Positions 1-10,107 of a DNA stretch of 64,000 nucleotides are shown piece after piece. Source of the stretch: Candidatus Latescibacterota bacterium. Lineage in GTDB: Bacteria; Latescibacterota; UBA2968; GCA-2709665. Every line of letters begins with the position of its first letter. The first letter of the stretch is position 1. The translations under genes were made by a program, and so were the position numbers. The stretch spans positions 3,232,001 through 3,296,000 of the forward strand of contig OZ244937.1 of assembly GCA_965222075.1 (NCBI GenBank), written 5' to 3'. The notes under the pieces were generated by a model, which searched no databases, was not told the DNA's origin, and worked only from the letters and a program-made list of their open reading frames with translations.

Positions 1-541
1 CGCCGCCCATCCGCACCACGCGCGAATTGTAGAAAAAGGGCATCTTGTTCTCGTCGAAGGCGATCACGGCCTCGTTCATGCTGTTGAACATGGCTTTCAG
101 GAGCCGGGTGAGATCTTTGTACTTGCCGATGATGCGTTTCAACCTGGCCTGCGTCCCCCTGTGCCTGCGGTCCCTCTCGTGCATGGAGACGGCGGTTTTG
201 ATGTTCAGGTGCAGTTGGCGCGGGTCGAACGGCCTCAGCACGTAGCCGAACGGGTGGGTCGCCTGCGCCCGCTGCAACAGATCCCCCTCAACTTCGTCGG
301 TCAGGTACACCACCGGAACATCGAATCGGCTGCCGAGACGCTCGGCCACTTCCGGGCCGGTCACCTCCCCTCCCAGCCCGAGATCCACCAGGGCCAGGTC
401 GGGACGCTGGTCCCCGGCTATTTCAACAGCCTCACGCCCGCTCGAGACCGCAGCGCATACCGTATATCCCAGGTTTTTCAGGCATGCTTCCAGGTGTGCG
501 GCGCCGTCGTCTTCCACAATCAGTATCTTTGTGCTGGTCAT
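1..541 (-). CDS. Response-regulator receiver + probable PAS domain signalling protein (runs off the window edge)
   Basis: Not in the ORF track. Manual translation from ATG 541: MTSTKILIVEDD...PDLALVDLGL...VVYLT...FGYVLRPF (receiver), then MFNSMNEAVIAFDENKMPFFYN (PAS-like). Confidence 0.85.
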   Translation of the reverse strand, partial: MTSTKILIVEDDGAAHLEACLKNLGYTVCAAVSSGREAVEIAGDQRPDLALVDLGLGGEVTGPEVAERLGSRFDVPVVYLTDEVEGDLLQRAQATHPFGYVLRPFDPRQLHLNIKTAVSMHERDRRHRGTQARLKRIIGKYKDLTRLLKAMFNSMNEAVIAFDENKMPFFYNSRVVRMGG

Positions 542-684
542 CCTGTTCGCGTCCTTTCCGGGCTTCTCACGGAAGCGGGTGTACTGTCATCTGTCTCATT
601 GCCAAACAAAAATAAGGAAATTCAGGCTTTGGACAAGGGAAATCAACCGATTCATGGATTGACCAGAGTTCACGGGTTTTTTTG

Positions 685-706
685 GTAGGGGCGGTTCGCG
701 AACCGC
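685..706 (+). repeat. GTAG-type REP palindrome, family A
   Basis: GTAGGGGCGGTTCGCGAACCGC; same core as 4130-4157. Confidence 0.75.
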
Positions 707-739
707 TCACCCCGGAAAGCCCGGATTTGGGAAAAAACC

Positions 740-768
740 TTGACAGAGGTGTCGGAATTTGTTAATCT
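740..768 (+). promoter_or_regulatory. Sigma70-type promoter of the candidate small RNA
   Basis: TTGACA (740-745), 17 bp, TAATCT (763-768). Confidence 0.65.
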
Positions 769-774
769 TCAGTA

Positions 775-966
775 TCCGGCCGATTGCTGAGCACCCTGTT
801 TCCGGAGACGGAACGTGATTCTCGCGGCATACGACAGCTTTTTCTGGCGCAGTTTTCGGTACTACCGGTATTACCGGCAGGCACAGGAGCGTTGTATGCC
901 CACACTGTAGGCGATCTTTTTCCAGACGATGAAACCAGGCCGTGGGCACTTGCTCACGGCCTTTTT
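775..966 (+). ncRNA. Candidate ~190-nt structured RNA (6S-like rod or attenuator-like leader)
   Basis: Lies between a promoter and a terminator. Nested complementary segments: GGCCG/CGGCC, TGAGCA/TGCTCA, CCTGTTTC/GAAACCAGG, GGCATACGAC/GTTGTATGCC. Confidence 0.45.
937..966 (+). terminator. Intrinsic terminator
   Basis: AGGCCGTGGGC-ACTT-GCTCACGGCCT hairpin followed by a T run. Confidence 0.7.
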
Positions 967-983
967 GCTTGAACCGAAATCGC

Positions 984-1013
984 TTGACAAATCCTGAAAA
1001 AGCCGCTTATTAT
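984..1013 (+). promoter_or_regulatory. Sigma70-type promoter of the trp/aro cluster
   Basis: TTGACA (984-989), 18 bp, TATTAT (1008-1013), about 50 nt upstream of trpE. Confidence 0.65.
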
Positions 1014-1063
1014 AGCGACTTATGTCGATAGAATTCTTACAGTTATCCACATAGAGAACATCC

Positions 1064-2539
1064 GTGATCCAGCCCGATTTCAAGGCCGTGCGCAGGCTCT
1101 CCGAAGCGGGAGGGCTTGTCCCGATCTTCAGAGATATCCTGGGCGATACCAAAACGCCGGTCTCGGCTTATCTCAAAATCCGTTCGAAAAGCCCGCTCAC
1201 CTTCCTTCTGGAGAGCGTGGAGGGCGGTGAGAAGATCGGCCGGTACTCCTTTCTGGGCATCGAGCCTTTTCTGGTCTTTCGATCCCGTGGAAAACACGTC
1301 CGGGTTGAAGATCTGAAGCGGGGCGAAGTGAAAGCGTTTGAAAGCGACCCCATCGTTGAACTCCGTCGGCTTCTGGCGCAGTATCGTTCCGTGCACGTCA
1401 AGGGGCTTCCCCCCTTTACGGGAGGCGCGGTGGGATATGTGGGCTACGATGCGATCCGTCTGATCGAGGAGATTCCGGATCGCACGCAGGACGACCTGGG
1501 GCTGGACGATATTGTCCTCCTCTTTTTCGACACCCTCCTGGCTTTTGACAATATTCGGCACAAAATCCACCTGATCTCCAACGTCCACACGGATGGGGAC
1601 TTGAAGGCCAATTACCAGGAGGCCGCCGACCGCATCACCTCTCTGGAGGAGATCCTGAAGCGCCCGGCGGATATCGCTCCGAAGCGGGGCACGAGCGCCT
1701 GTGAGGTGCGGTCCAATACGGTGGTGGAAGACTACCTGGAGCAGGTGCGGCGCTGCAAGGACTATATTGTGGCAGGCGACATCTTCCAGGCGGTGCTTTC
1801 GCAGCGTTTTGAAACGGATGTGACCGTGGATTCGCTCGACATCTACCGGATGCTGCGGGTGGTGAACCCGTCGCCTTACATGTTTCACCTGGACCTGGAA
1901 GATCTGCAGCTTGTGGGGGCCTCTCCGGAACTGCTGGTGCGGGTGGAGGACGGCATCGTTCAGGTGCGCCCGATTGCGGGCACCCGCCCGCGCGGGGAGA
2001 CCGAAGAGGAAGACCGGGTGCTGGAGAAGGAACTGCTGGCGGACGAAAAAGAGCGCGCCGAGCATATTATGCTGGTGGACCTGGGGCGCAACGACGTGGG
2101 GCGGGTCTCGGACTACGATACCGTCCGGGTGACGGAGCGGATGGAGATAGAGCGCTATTCCCATGTGATGCATATTGTCTCCAACGTCAAGGGCAAGCTC
2201 CGAAAGGGTGTCGACGCCCTGGACGCCCTGTTCGCCTGCTACCCCGCGGGCACGGTTTCCGGGGCACCCAAGATCCGGGCGATGGAGATTATTGACGAAT
2301 TGGAGCCCACCCGGCGCGGGCCCTATGCCGGGGCGGTGGGCTACATCGATTTTTCGGGCAACATGGACACCTGCATTGCCATCCGGACAATGGTGGTCAA
2401 AGGAAGCAGGGTCTACGTGCAGGCGGGCGGCGGAATCGTGTTCGATTCGGTGCCGGAGAATGAGTACGAAGAGACGGTGAACAAGGCGAAAGCGCTGTTC
2501 CGGGCCGTGCAGGCGGCCGAACGGGGGGAACTACGGTGA
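1064..2539 (+). CDS. trpE: Anthranilate synthase component I
   Basis: [55 protein letters not shown]. Confidence 0.97.
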   Translation: MIQPDFKAVRRLSEAGGLVPIFRDILGDTKTPVSAYLKIRSKSPLTFLLESVEGGEKIGRYSFLGIEPFLVFRSRGKHVRVEDLKRGEVKAFESDPIVELRRLLAQYRSVHVKGLPPFTGGAVGYVGYDAIRLIEEIPDRTQDDLGLDDIVLLFFDTLLAFDNIRHKIHLISNVHTDGDLKANYQEAADRITSLEEILKRPADIAPKRGTSACEVRSNTVVEDYLEQVRRCKDYIVAGDIFQAVLSQRFETDVTVDSLDIYRMLRVVNPSPYMFHLDLEDLQLVGASPELLVRVEDGIVQVRPIAGTRPRGETEEEDRVLEKELLADEKERAEHIMLVDLGRNDVGRVSDYDTVRVTERMEIERYSHVMHIVSNVKGKLRKGVDALDALFACYPAGTVSGAPKIRAMEIIDELEPTRRGPYAGAVGYIDFSGNMDTCIAIRTMVVKGSRVYVQAGGGIVFDSVPENEYEETVNKAKALFRAVQAAERGELR

Positions 2540-2543
2540 GGGT

Positions 2544-3113
2544 GTGCCGATGATTCTGGTGATCGACAATTACGATTCGTTTACCTACAATCTGGTCCAG
2601 TACCTGGGGGAGTTGGGGGCCGATCTGGAGGTCTACCGGAACGATCGGATCACGCTGGAAGAAGTTGAGGGACTTGCGCCTGAGAAGATCGTGGTCTCGC
2701 CGGGACCCTGTACGCCCAACGAGGCGGGAATTTCGGTGGACCTGATCCGGACCTTTGCCGACAGGATTCCGATCCTGGGGGTCTGTCTGGGACACCAGGC
2801 GGTCGGCCAGGCCTTCGGGGGAAAGGTGGTGGGCGCGCCGACGATTATGCACGGCAAGGTCTCGGAGATCCAGCACGACGGCCGGACCATCTTCAAGGGG
2901 ATGTCCCAACCCTTTATTGCCACCCGCTACCACTCTCTGATCGTCGAGCGGGAGTGCTTGCCGGACTGTCTGGAGGTCTCCGCAGAGACCGAGGACGGAA
3001 CGGTCATGGGGCTGCGCCATCTGGAACTTCCCGTGGAGGGCGTCCAGTTCCATCCGGAGTCGATTTTGACCGTGGAGGGGAAACATCTCCTCAAGAATTT
3101 TCTGGACGCTTAA
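2544..3113 (+). CDS. trpG: Anthranilate synthase component II (glutamine amidotransferase)
   Basis: [33 protein letters not shown]. Confidence 0.96.
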   Translation: MPMILVIDNYDSFTYNLVQYLGELGADLEVYRNDRITLEEVEGLAPEKIVVSPGPCTPNEAGISVDLIRTFADRIPILGVCLGHQAVGQAFGGKVVGAPTIMHGKVSEIQHDGRTIFKGMSQPFIATRYHSLIVERECLPDCLEVSAETEDGTVMGLRHLELPVEGVQFHPESILTVEGKHLLKNFLDA

Positions 3114-3126
3114 GCAGGAGCCGGAT

Positions 3127-4176
3127 ATGACCATACAGGATGCGATTGCAAAGCTGATCGAGGGTGAGGATCTGACCCGCGAGGAGACCGTTGGGGCGAT
3201 GGACCGGATCATGTCGGGAGACGCCACGGATGCGCAGATCGGGGCATTTCTGGTCGCTTTGCGCCTCAAAGGAGAGACCGTGGAAGAGATTGCGGGGGCG
3301 GCGGAGGTGATGTGCCAGAAGGCGACCCGTATTGATACGCGGCATGAGGTGGTGGTGGATACCTGCGGCACCGGCGGAGACCATTCGGGCACGTTCAACA
3401 TTTCCACGGCGGCCGCTTTTGTGGTTTCCGGCGCGGGGCTGTGCGTGGCCAAGCACGGCAACCGGGCCATATCGAGTCTGTGCGGCAGCGCAGATGTGCT
3501 GAAGGCCTTAGGCGTGAATATCGAGGCTTCGCCCGAGACCGTGGGCCGCTGTTTGGACGAAGTGGGCATCGGCTTCCTGTTTGCTCCGGCGCTGCACGGC
3601 GCGATGAAATATGCGATCGGCCCAAGGCGTGAGCTTGGCATCCGCACCATCTTTAACGTGCTTGGCCCCCTGACCAACCCGGCGGGCGCCCGGAGACAGG
3701 TGGTCGGTGTGTACAGCGGAGGGTTGACCGAGCCCCTGGCCGAGGTCCTGGGGCGCCTCGGAGCGGAGCGGGCCTTTGTCGTGCACGGCTCGGACGGTCT
3801 GGATGAAATCACGCTGACCGGCGCCACACGGGTGAGCGAATTGCGCGATGGCTCGGCTTCCACGTATGAAATCACCCCCGAAGATTTCGGATTCTCCAGG
3901 GCCGATGCAGGAGACCTGAAGGGGGGAGATGCAAAGACGAACGCCGAGATCGTGCGCTCTGTTCTCAGCGGGGAGCCGGGAGCCAGGCGGGATATTGTGC
4001 TGCTCAATGCGGCTGCGGGCATTGTCGCCGGCGGCCTGGCCGGGGATATGTCAGGAGGGGTTGAGGCGGCCCGGCAGGCGGTGGATTCGGGGCGGGCGAT
4101 GGAGAAACTGGAAGGATTGAGAACAGCGAGCAGGGGCGGTTCGCGAACCGCCCCTACTTACCGGGGTAGAACCTGA
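3127..4176 (+). CDS. trpD: Anthranilate phosphoribosyltransferase
   Basis: [26 protein letters not shown]. The C-terminal tail is encoded by a REP. Confidence 0.97.
   Translation: MTIQDAIAKLIEGEDLTREETVGAMDRIMSGDATDAQIGAFLVALRLKGETVEEIAGAAEVMCQKATRIDTRHEVVVDTCGTGGDHSGTFNISTAAAFVVSGAGLCVAKHGNRAISSLCGSADVLKALGVNIEASPETVGRCLDEVGIGFLFAPALHGAMKYAIGPRRELGIRTIFNVLGPLTNPAGARRQVVGVYSGGLTEPLAEVLGRLGAERAFVVHGSDGLDEITLTGATRVSELRDGSASTYEITPEDFGFSRADAGDLKGGDAKTNAEIVRSVLSGEPGARRDIVLLNAAAGIVAGGLAGDMSGGVEAARQAVDSGRAMEKLEGLRTASRGGSRTAPTYRGRT
4130..4157. repeat. GTAG-type REP palindrome, family A, inside the trpD 3' end
   Basis: GCAGGGGCGGTTCGCGAACCGCCCCTAC, a near-perfect 28-bp palindrome. Confidence 0.8.
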
Positions 4177-4210
4177 AATGGCAACCCGGAACGGGATAAA
4201 GGAGGGGTCG

Positions 4211-5020
4211 GTGGGCACGATTCTGGATGAGATTGTGGCCTACAAGCGGCAGTTTGTGGCGAAAAGACGCGCGCGGGCGCCCCTTGAGGAGGTGCAGCAG
4301 CTTGATGAATCGGCCCCAACGCCTCCCTCTTTTTTTGAGAGCCTCATTGAAGGGGACGATGTTGCGATCATCGCCGAGGTGAAGAAGGCTTCTCCGTCCA
4401 AAGGGATCATTCGGGCGGATTTCGATCCGGTGGCTATCGCAGAGATTTACGAGCGCAACGGGGCCTCGACGATTTCCGTGCTGACGGATGAGAAGTACTT
4501 TCAGGGGGCGGATGCGTATCTGACCCGGGTGAGCAGCGCGGTGGACCTTCCGGTTCTTCGGAAGGATTTTGTGATTGATGCCTACCAGATCTACGAGGCA
4601 AGGGCCATCGGCGCTGCGGCCGTGCTCCTGATTGCGGCGATTCTTTCACGCGTTGAACTGGAAGATTACCTCGAGCTCTGCCGTGAGGTCGGCCTGGATG
4701 CCCTGGTGGAGGTCCATACCGGGGACGAGGTTCGAACCGCGCTTGACTCCGGGGCCGATATTGTGGGGGTTAACAATCGGGATCTCAGGACGTTTCAGGC
4801 CGATTTGCAGACGACGCTGAGGCTGATGGACGATCTTCCCGAGGATCTGGTCATTGTCAGTGAAAGCGGCATACATACACGGGACGATGTGGTTCGGCTG
4901 CGCGATGCCGGCGCCGATGCCGTTCTGGTGGGCGAAAGCCTGATGCGTGAGCCGGATATCGGCCTCAAGCTACGAGAATTGCTGGGGAAGGAAGGCCCTG
5001 ATTCGCCATGGTTCGGGTGA
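4211..5020 (+). CDS. trpC: Indole-3-glycerol-phosphate synthase
   Basis: IAEVKKASPSKG, SVLTD, LRKDF, GVNNRDL, SESGI. GTG start follows GGAGG (4201-4205). Confidence 0.96.
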   Translation: MGTILDEIVAYKRQFVAKRRARAPLEEVQQLDESAPTPPSFFESLIEGDDVAIIAEVKKASPSKGIIRADFDPVAIAEIYERNGASTISVLTDEKYFQGADAYLTRVSSAVDLPVLRKDFVIDAYQIYEARAIGAAAVLLIAAILSRVELEDYLELCREVGLDALVEVHTGDEVRTALDSGADIVGVNNRDLRTFQADLQTTLRLMDDLPEDLVIVSESGIHTRDDVVRLRDAGADAVLVGESLMREPDIGLKLRELLGKEGPDSPWFG

Positions 5021-5625
5021 AGATCTGCGGGATTACGAACCGGGAGGACGCGCGCTGTGCGGTCGAACACGGGACAGACGCCCTCGGATTTATCTTTTTC
5101 CCGCCAAGCCCGCGCTACATTCGGCCCGAACAGGCCCGGGAGATTATCCGCGGCCTGCCGCCGTTCGTGACGCCAGTGGGGGTTTTTGTGAACGAAGACC
5201 GGGAGCGGATCGCGTCTGTCGCAACCTCCACCGGCCTGCGGGCGATCCAGCTCCACGGAGATGAATCCCCCGAAGAGTGTCGGGGGCATGCGGTGCCGGT
5301 GATCCGGGCGCTGCGGGTGGGCAGGGGGTTCGACCCTGCCGCGATGGAAGCTTACCCGGTTGAAACCTTTTTGCTGGACACGGCCAGGCCCGGACTTTAC
5401 GGCGGGACAGGCGAGACGTTCGACTGGACATTTGCCAGGGCGGGGGCTGCTTACGGTCGGATCATCCTCTCAGGCGGCATCAATCCCGAAAACGTGACCG
5501 AAGCGATTCGCTCTGTAAGCCCCTATGCAGTGGATTGCGGCAGCGGGGTTGAGGCCGAGCCTGGGCGAAAGGATCACGAAAAGGTGGCGGCGTTTTTCCA
5601 GGCGGTTAGATTGTTTGAGGAATGA
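5008..5625 (+). CDS. trpF: Phosphoribosylanthranilate isomerase
   Basis: VKICGIT, QLHGDE, LLDT, GGTGETFDW, LSGGI, GVE..PGRKD. Confidence 0.96.
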   Translation: MVRVKICGITNREDARCAVEHGTDALGFIFFPPSPRYIRPEQAREIIRGLPPFVTPVGVFVNEDRERIASVATSTGLRAIQLHGDESPEECRGHAVPVIRALRVGRGFDPAAMEAYPVETFLLDTARPGLYGGTGETFDWTFARAGAAYGRIILSGGINPENVTEAIRSVSPYAVDCGSGVEAEPGRKDHEKVAAFFQAVRLFEE

Positions 5626-6845
5626 ATATGTCGAAGTCGATCGCTGAACAGGTCGCTATTTTGATGCACGGCGTAAAATATGGGGATCAGCAGCTTGCGG
5701 AACGGATGACCGAGGAACTCCGGGAACGCCTGGCCGAGGGGCGTCCTCTGAAGGTTTACTGCGGCTACGATCCCACAGCTCCCGATATCCACTTAGGGCA
5801 TACGGTGACGATGCGGAAGCTGCGCCAGTTCCAGGAGTTGGGGCACGAAGTGACCTTTCTCATCGGGACCTTCACCGGCCAGATCGGGGGAGATCCTTCG
5901 GATAAGGACAGTGTCCGGTCCCAGCAGACCCCGGAGCAGGTCGCTGAAAATACCCGGACGTATGCGGAGCAGGCGTTCAAGATTCTGGACCGGGAACGGA
6001 CGATCGTGCGTTACAATGCCGACTGGTTGAGCGGGCTTTCTTTTGAGGAGGTGATCCGGCTTGCTTCCTACTTTACCGTGCAGCAGTTTCTGGCCCGGGA
6101 CAATTTCCGCAAACGGTGGGACGCCAAAGACCCGATCTGGATGCACGAGTTTTTTTATGCGCTGATGCAGAGCTACGACGCGGTGATGCTGGAGACTGAT
6201 GTACAGCTTGGCGGTACGGAGCAGCTTTTTAATCTGATGGCAGGGCGAAAGTTGCAGGAGGCTTTCGGTCAGCGCCCTCAGGTCTGTATCGTTATGCCGA
6301 TCCTGGTCGGCACGGACGGCCACATGCGGATGAGCAAGTCTACCGGGAACTATATCGGCGTGGATGAGCCGCCCGGGGAGCAGTACGGGAAGGTGATGAG
6401 CCTGCCCGACGAGGCGATGTCGAGCTATTTCAATCTGGTGACGCCCTGGTCGCTTGAGGAGATTGCCGGCCTGGAGAAGGATCTGGCCGAGGGGCGCCTG
6501 CACCCGATGGAGGCCAAGCACCGACTTGCCCGGGAGGTTGTGGAGATTTTCCACGGCGGAGAGGCTGCGGACCGGGCCAGGGCACGCTTCGAACAGCTAC
6601 ACCAGAAGCGGGATCTCCCCCAGGATATGCCAAGCTTTGCGCTGAGTGAACCGATGAAGTTGCTGGACCTGATGGTCGCATCCGGCCTGGCGCCCAGCAA
6701 GAGCGAAGGCCGGCGGCTGATCCAGCAAGGGGGCGTGCAACTCGACGGCCAGCGCATCTCTGATTTGAACTCCGTGGTGAAAATAGACGGGGCTTCCGTA
6801 CTTCGGGTGGGAAAGCGCCGGTTCCTCCGGCTGGAGAGGGCATAA
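5622..6845 (+). CDS. tyrS: Tyrosine--tRNA ligase
   Basis: GYDPTAPDIHLGH (HIGH), GDPS, QLGGTEQ, RMSKS and a C-terminal S4 domain (SKSEGRRLIQQGGV). Confidence 0.94.
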   Translation: MNMSKSIAEQVAILMHGVKYGDQQLAERMTEELRERLAEGRPLKVYCGYDPTAPDIHLGHTVTMRKLRQFQELGHEVTFLIGTFTGQIGGDPSDKDSVRSQQTPEQVAENTRTYAEQAFKILDRERTIVRYNADWLSGLSFEEVIRLASYFTVQQFLARDNFRKRWDAKDPIWMHEFFYALMQSYDAVMLETDVQLGGTEQLFNLMAGRKLQEAFGQRPQVCIVMPILVGTDGHMRMSKSTGNYIGVDEPPGEQYGKVMSLPDEAMSSYFNLVTPWSLEEIAGLEKDLAEGRLHPMEAKHRLAREVVEIFHGGEAADRARARFEQLHQKRDLPQDMPSFALSEPMKLLDLMVASGLAPSKSEGRRLIQQGGVQLDGQRISDLNSVVKIDGASVLRVGKRRFLRLERA

Positions 6846-6869
6846 TTGGAAGATAGAACGCGTTTGCCG

Positions 6870-7090
6870 GCTCGGCTTCTGCGACTCCCCCGCTTTGGTG
6901 TGGGGGGAAGGGGCTTTTCCGCGCGGTTCCGTCCACCGCCTTCGCCGCGTGAATCCATAAACGCTCGCAGGGCAGAAGCTTCCGCTTACACCCCAGGGGC
7001 TATTCGCGGAAAAGCAGCCCCCGCGGCGTTTGAGCGGCGCCCTTCTTTTTCGGCCTTTTTCTTGGGCGAACAAGAAAAAGGCCAAGAACA
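6870..7090. repeat. Structured intergenic element (MITE/REP-like or ncRNA) between tyrS and trpB
   Basis: Perfect 13-bp inverted repeat GGCCTTTTTCTTG/CAAGAAAAAGGCC (7052-7083) and an 11-bp pair GCTTTTCCGCG (6913-6923)/CGCGGAAAAGC (7005-7015). Confidence 0.5.
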
Positions 7091-7169
7091 AAAGAACAGT
7101 TGAACCTGAGTATCTTACCGAAAGGCTATTTTCTAAACAGCAGTAGCTTCTATGGGAAAGGGTAGACGC

Positions 7170-8393
7170 ATGCCAGAGGTCAACCCGACAGAAGCAACAG
7201 GGACTCTCCCCGACGGGGGCGGACATTTTGGGCCCTACGGAGGGCGCTATGTACCCGAGACGTTGATGGCCCTCCTGGAGGATCTGGAGGCGGCCTACCG
7301 GGAGGCAAAAGACGATCCGGCGTTTCAGGCCGAGCTTGAGTATTACCTGCGGGAATTCGTGGGCCGGCCCACGCCGCTTTACTTCGCGCGGCGGCTGACC
7401 GGGGAGCTGGGAGGCGCCAGGATCTACCTGAAGCGGGAGGACCTGGCGCATACCGGGGCGCACAAGATCAACAACACGATGGGGCAGATCCTGCTGGCGA
7501 AGCGGATGGGGAAGACGCGGATTATCGCAGAGACGGGCGCGGGGCAGCACGGGGTGGCCACGGCGACGGTGGCGGCCATGTTCGGGCTGGAGTGCGAGAT
7601 CTTTATGGGGACCGAAGATATGGAGCGGCAGGCGCTCAATGTCTTCCGGATGCGCCTGCTGGGGGCGAAGGTAACCGGGGTGGCGTCGGGCAGCCGGACA
7701 CTCAAGGACGCCATCAACGAGGCGATTCGGGACTGGGTAACCCATGTGGAGACGACCTTCTATATCTTCGGATCGGTGCTGGGACCGCACCCCTATCCGA
7801 TGATCGTCCGGGATTTCCAGCGGGTGATCGGCGTGGAGGCCCGGGTGCAGGTACTGGAGGCGGAGGGGAGTCTGCCCGCCTGCCTGATCGCCTGCGTGGG
7901 GGGAGGGAGCAATTCGATCGGACTCTTCCACGCCTTCCTGGAGGATTCGGGTGTCCGGATGATCGGCGTGGAGGCCGGGGGACGGGGGATCGCCACCGGC
8001 GACCATGCGGCCCGGTTCCAGGGGGGGGACCTGGGGGTATTGCACGGGGCGCGCATCTACCTGCTCCAGGACGGCGACGGGCAGATTGCCCTGACCCACT
8101 CGGTGTCGGCCGGGCTGGACTATTCGGGGGTGGGGCCGGAGCACTGCTACCTGCGGGACCGGGAGCGGATCGACTATACCTATGCCACGGACGAGGAGGC
8201 CCTGGAGGCCTTCCAGATGCTGAGCCGGACGGAGGGAATCATTCCGGCGCTGGAAAGCGCGCACGCGGTCGCCCACGCCTGCAAGGTGGCGGCGCAGATG
8301 GACAGGGAGGAGGTCCTGGTCGTCAACCTCTCCGGGCGGGGAGACAAGGACGTGCAGCAGGCGGCCGGCTTTATCAAAGAGAGTGAAGGGTAG
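7170..8393 (+). CDS. trpB: Tryptophan synthase beta chain (alternative start 7152)
   Basis: [52 protein letters not shown]. Confidence 0.98.
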   Translation: MPEVNPTEATGTLPDGGGHFGPYGGRYVPETLMALLEDLEAAYREAKDDPAFQAELEYYLREFVGRPTPLYFARRLTGELGGARIYLKREDLAHTGAHKINNTMGQILLAKRMGKTRIIAETGAGQHGVATATVAAMFGLECEIFMGTEDMERQALNVFRMRLLGAKVTGVASGSRTLKDAINEAIRDWVTHVETTFYIFGSVLGPHPYPMIVRDFQRVIGVEARVQVLEAEGSLPACLIACVGGGSNSIGLFHAFLEDSGVRMIGVEAGGRGIATGDHAARFQGGDLGVLHGARIYLLQDGDGQIALTHSVSAGLDYSGVGPEHCYLRDRERIDYTYATDEEALEAFQMLSRTEGIIPALESAHAVAHACKVAAQMDREEVLVVNLSGRGDKDVQQAAGFIKESEG

Positions 8394-8398
8394 ATTCC

Positions 8399-9214
8399 AT
8401 GTCACGAATTTCGGATGCGTTTGCCCGTCTGAAGCAGCGGGGGCAAACCGGGTTCGTCGCCTATATCACGGCCGGCGATCCCGACCTGGAAACCACCCGG
8501 GCACTGGTTCTGGAACTGGAGCGTTGCGGGGTGGATATTCTCGAACTCGGGGTTCCGTTTTCCGATCCCTTAGCGGACGGACCCGAGATCCAGAGGGCCT
8601 ACCAGCGGGCGCTGAGGCACGGGATATCTCTTGCAGACGTTCTGGACCTGGTAAGCGACCTCAGAAAAGAGACCCGCATCCCGATCGTTCTGTTTACCTA
8701 TTACAACCCGGTCCACCGTTACGGGCTGGAACGCCTGGTGGACCGGGCGGCGGAGGTGGACATCGACGGGATTCTGGCGCTGGACCTCCCTCCTGAAGAG
8801 GCGGGGGATTACAAGCGGTTGATGGACGCGCGCGGCCTGGATACGATCTTTCTGATTGCGCCGACCAGCCGGGACGACCGGATTCGCTTGATTTCGTCCT
8901 GCACCACCGGATTTGTCTATTATATCTCTCGCACGGGGGTCACCGGAGAGCGGGAGCGGCTTGCGGATACGGTTCGGCCGATGGTGGAAAAGATCCGAAG
9001 CCATACCGCACACCCGATCGCCGTCGGCTTCGGGATTTCAAAGCCCGAGCATGCGAAAGAAATCGCCGGATACGCCGATGCGGTGGTAGTCGGCAGCGCC
9101 ATTGTCCGCCGCATCGGGGAGAAAGAAGGAGACACGGACCTGGTCTCCCACGTCGGCGACTTTGTGAAGAACCTGGTCCGGCCGCTGAAGGAGGAAAGGC
9201 ATGGAAATCGATGA
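8399..9214 (+). CDS. trpA: Tryptophan synthase alpha chain
   Basis: AYITAGDP, ELGVPFSDPLADGP, GVTG, VGFGIS, VVGSA. Confidence 0.98.
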   Translation: MSRISDAFARLKQRGQTGFVAYITAGDPDLETTRALVLELERCGVDILELGVPFSDPLADGPEIQRAYQRALRHGISLADVLDLVSDLRKETRIPIVLFTYYNPVHRYGLERLVDRAAEVDIDGILALDLPPEEAGDYKRLMDARGLDTIFLIAPTSRDDRIRLISSCTTGFVYYISRTGVTGERERLADTVRPMVEKIRSHTAHPIAVGFGISKPEHAKEIAGYADAVVVGSAIVRRIGEKEGDTDLVSHVGDFVKNLVRPLKEERHGNR

Positions 9215-9473
9215 CTGGCGAAAAAAAATTGATGAACTGAATGGCAAGCTGCTGGCGCTCCTGAACCAGAGAGCGCAATGTGCCCTGGAGATCGGGAAGA
9301 TCAAGCAGGCTACAGGCCAGCCGGTCTACGCCCCGGACCGGGAGACCGCGGTGCTCAACCACATCCGGGAGATGAATACGGGGCCGTTGAGCAACGACGC
9401 TGTTCAGCGGATCTTTCGACAGATCATCGATGAGTCCCTGCGCCTGGAACGGGAACACGGGGAGGGTGGATAG
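9201..9473 (+). CDS. Chorismate mutase, AroQ type, monofunctional
   Basis: WRKKIDELNGKLLALLNQR...IGKIK...PDRE pattern; 90 aa. Confidence 0.9.
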   Translation: MEIDDWRKKIDELNGKLLALLNQRAQCALEIGKIKQATGQPVYAPDRETAVLNHIREMNTGPLSNDAVQRIFRQIIDESLRLEREHGEGG

Positions 9474-9488
9474 GGTGTTGGCCCGCTT

Positions 9489-9643
9489 CCGGGCCTCCGA
9501 CTGTAGCGCAAACTGTTCGTTTGCGCAATAAGAACACGGGGGAATAGATATCACGTTCTTCTCACCCCCCCACAAACTGACAGTTTGTGCTACGACACCC
9601 CTCCCATAAACGGACAGCTTGTACTACGACCCGCTCGCTTTTT
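9489..9643. repeat. 155-bp direct repeat, copy 1 (three GTAG REPs, family B)
   Basis: Matches 10829-10983 with 4 mismatches. REPs at 9503-9526 (+), 9571-9593 (-), 9605-9627 (-). Confidence 0.95.
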
Positions 9644-9699
9644 GGAGGGTGTAACCGGCCCCGTTTTGGTCGATATATTCAGGGCAAGGAGTACGAGAA

Positions 9700-9900
9700 A
9701 TGACAAGTGTCACGGAAATTCAGCAAGCGATTCTATCCCTTCCCGAAGACGATTATCTTCAATTGAAACAATGGTTTAGCGAGCTGGACTGGGAAAAGTG
9801 GGACCGGCGGATTGAAGCGGATTCAAAAGGCGGAAAATTGGATTTCCTGACTGCCGAAGCCTTTGAAGCCAAAGAGAAGGGCAGGCTCAAGGAACTTTAG
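9700..9900 (+). CDS. Putative antitoxin
   Basis: 66 aa acidic protein after an AAGGAG RBS. WDRRIEADSKGGKLD resembles small partners of RelE/ParE-like toxins. Its stop abuts the toxin ATG. Confidence 0.7.
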   Translation: MTSVTEIQQAILSLPEDDYLQLKQWFSELDWEKWDRRIEADSKGGKLDFLTAEAFEAKEKGRLKEL

Positions 9901-10107
9901 ATGCACCGGACAACACCCCGCTTCCGGGCCCACTTTGAGCGACTCCCGGAATCTGTCCGAAGGGTTGCGAGACGGAATTTCCGCCTGCTCAAGGCAAACC
10001 CAAGGCATCCCTCTCTTCACTTCAGGAAAGTCGGCAAGTTTTGGTCGGTCCGCACGGGACTTTCTCACCGGGCGCTCGCCGTTGAAGTAGAACGAAATGA
10101 CAGATGA
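9901..10107 (+). CDS. RelE/ParE-like toxin, apparently C-terminally truncated
   Basis: Basic 68-aa protein with NPRHPSLHFRKVG..WSVR...HRALA. The usual final W(I)G-H..Y segment is missing, and the stop overlaps the RAYT ATG. Confidence 0.65.
   Translation: MHRTTPRFRAHFERLPESVRRVARRNFRLLKANPRHPSLHFRKVGKFWSVRTGLSHRALAVEVERNDR

Noticed and set aside
784-972. 62-aa ORF as a trp leader peptide
   Set aside because: TTG start without an RBS, only one Trp codon, and it runs through the terminator.
1043-1051. Perfect DnaA box TTATCCACA before trpE
   Set aside because: A single copy can occur by chance; there is no box cluster or origin context.
9585-9779. ORF MCYDTPP... and the identical N-terminal extension of the DAHP synthase ORF (10925)
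   Set aside because: Both are translations of the repeat; the likely start is ATG 11003.
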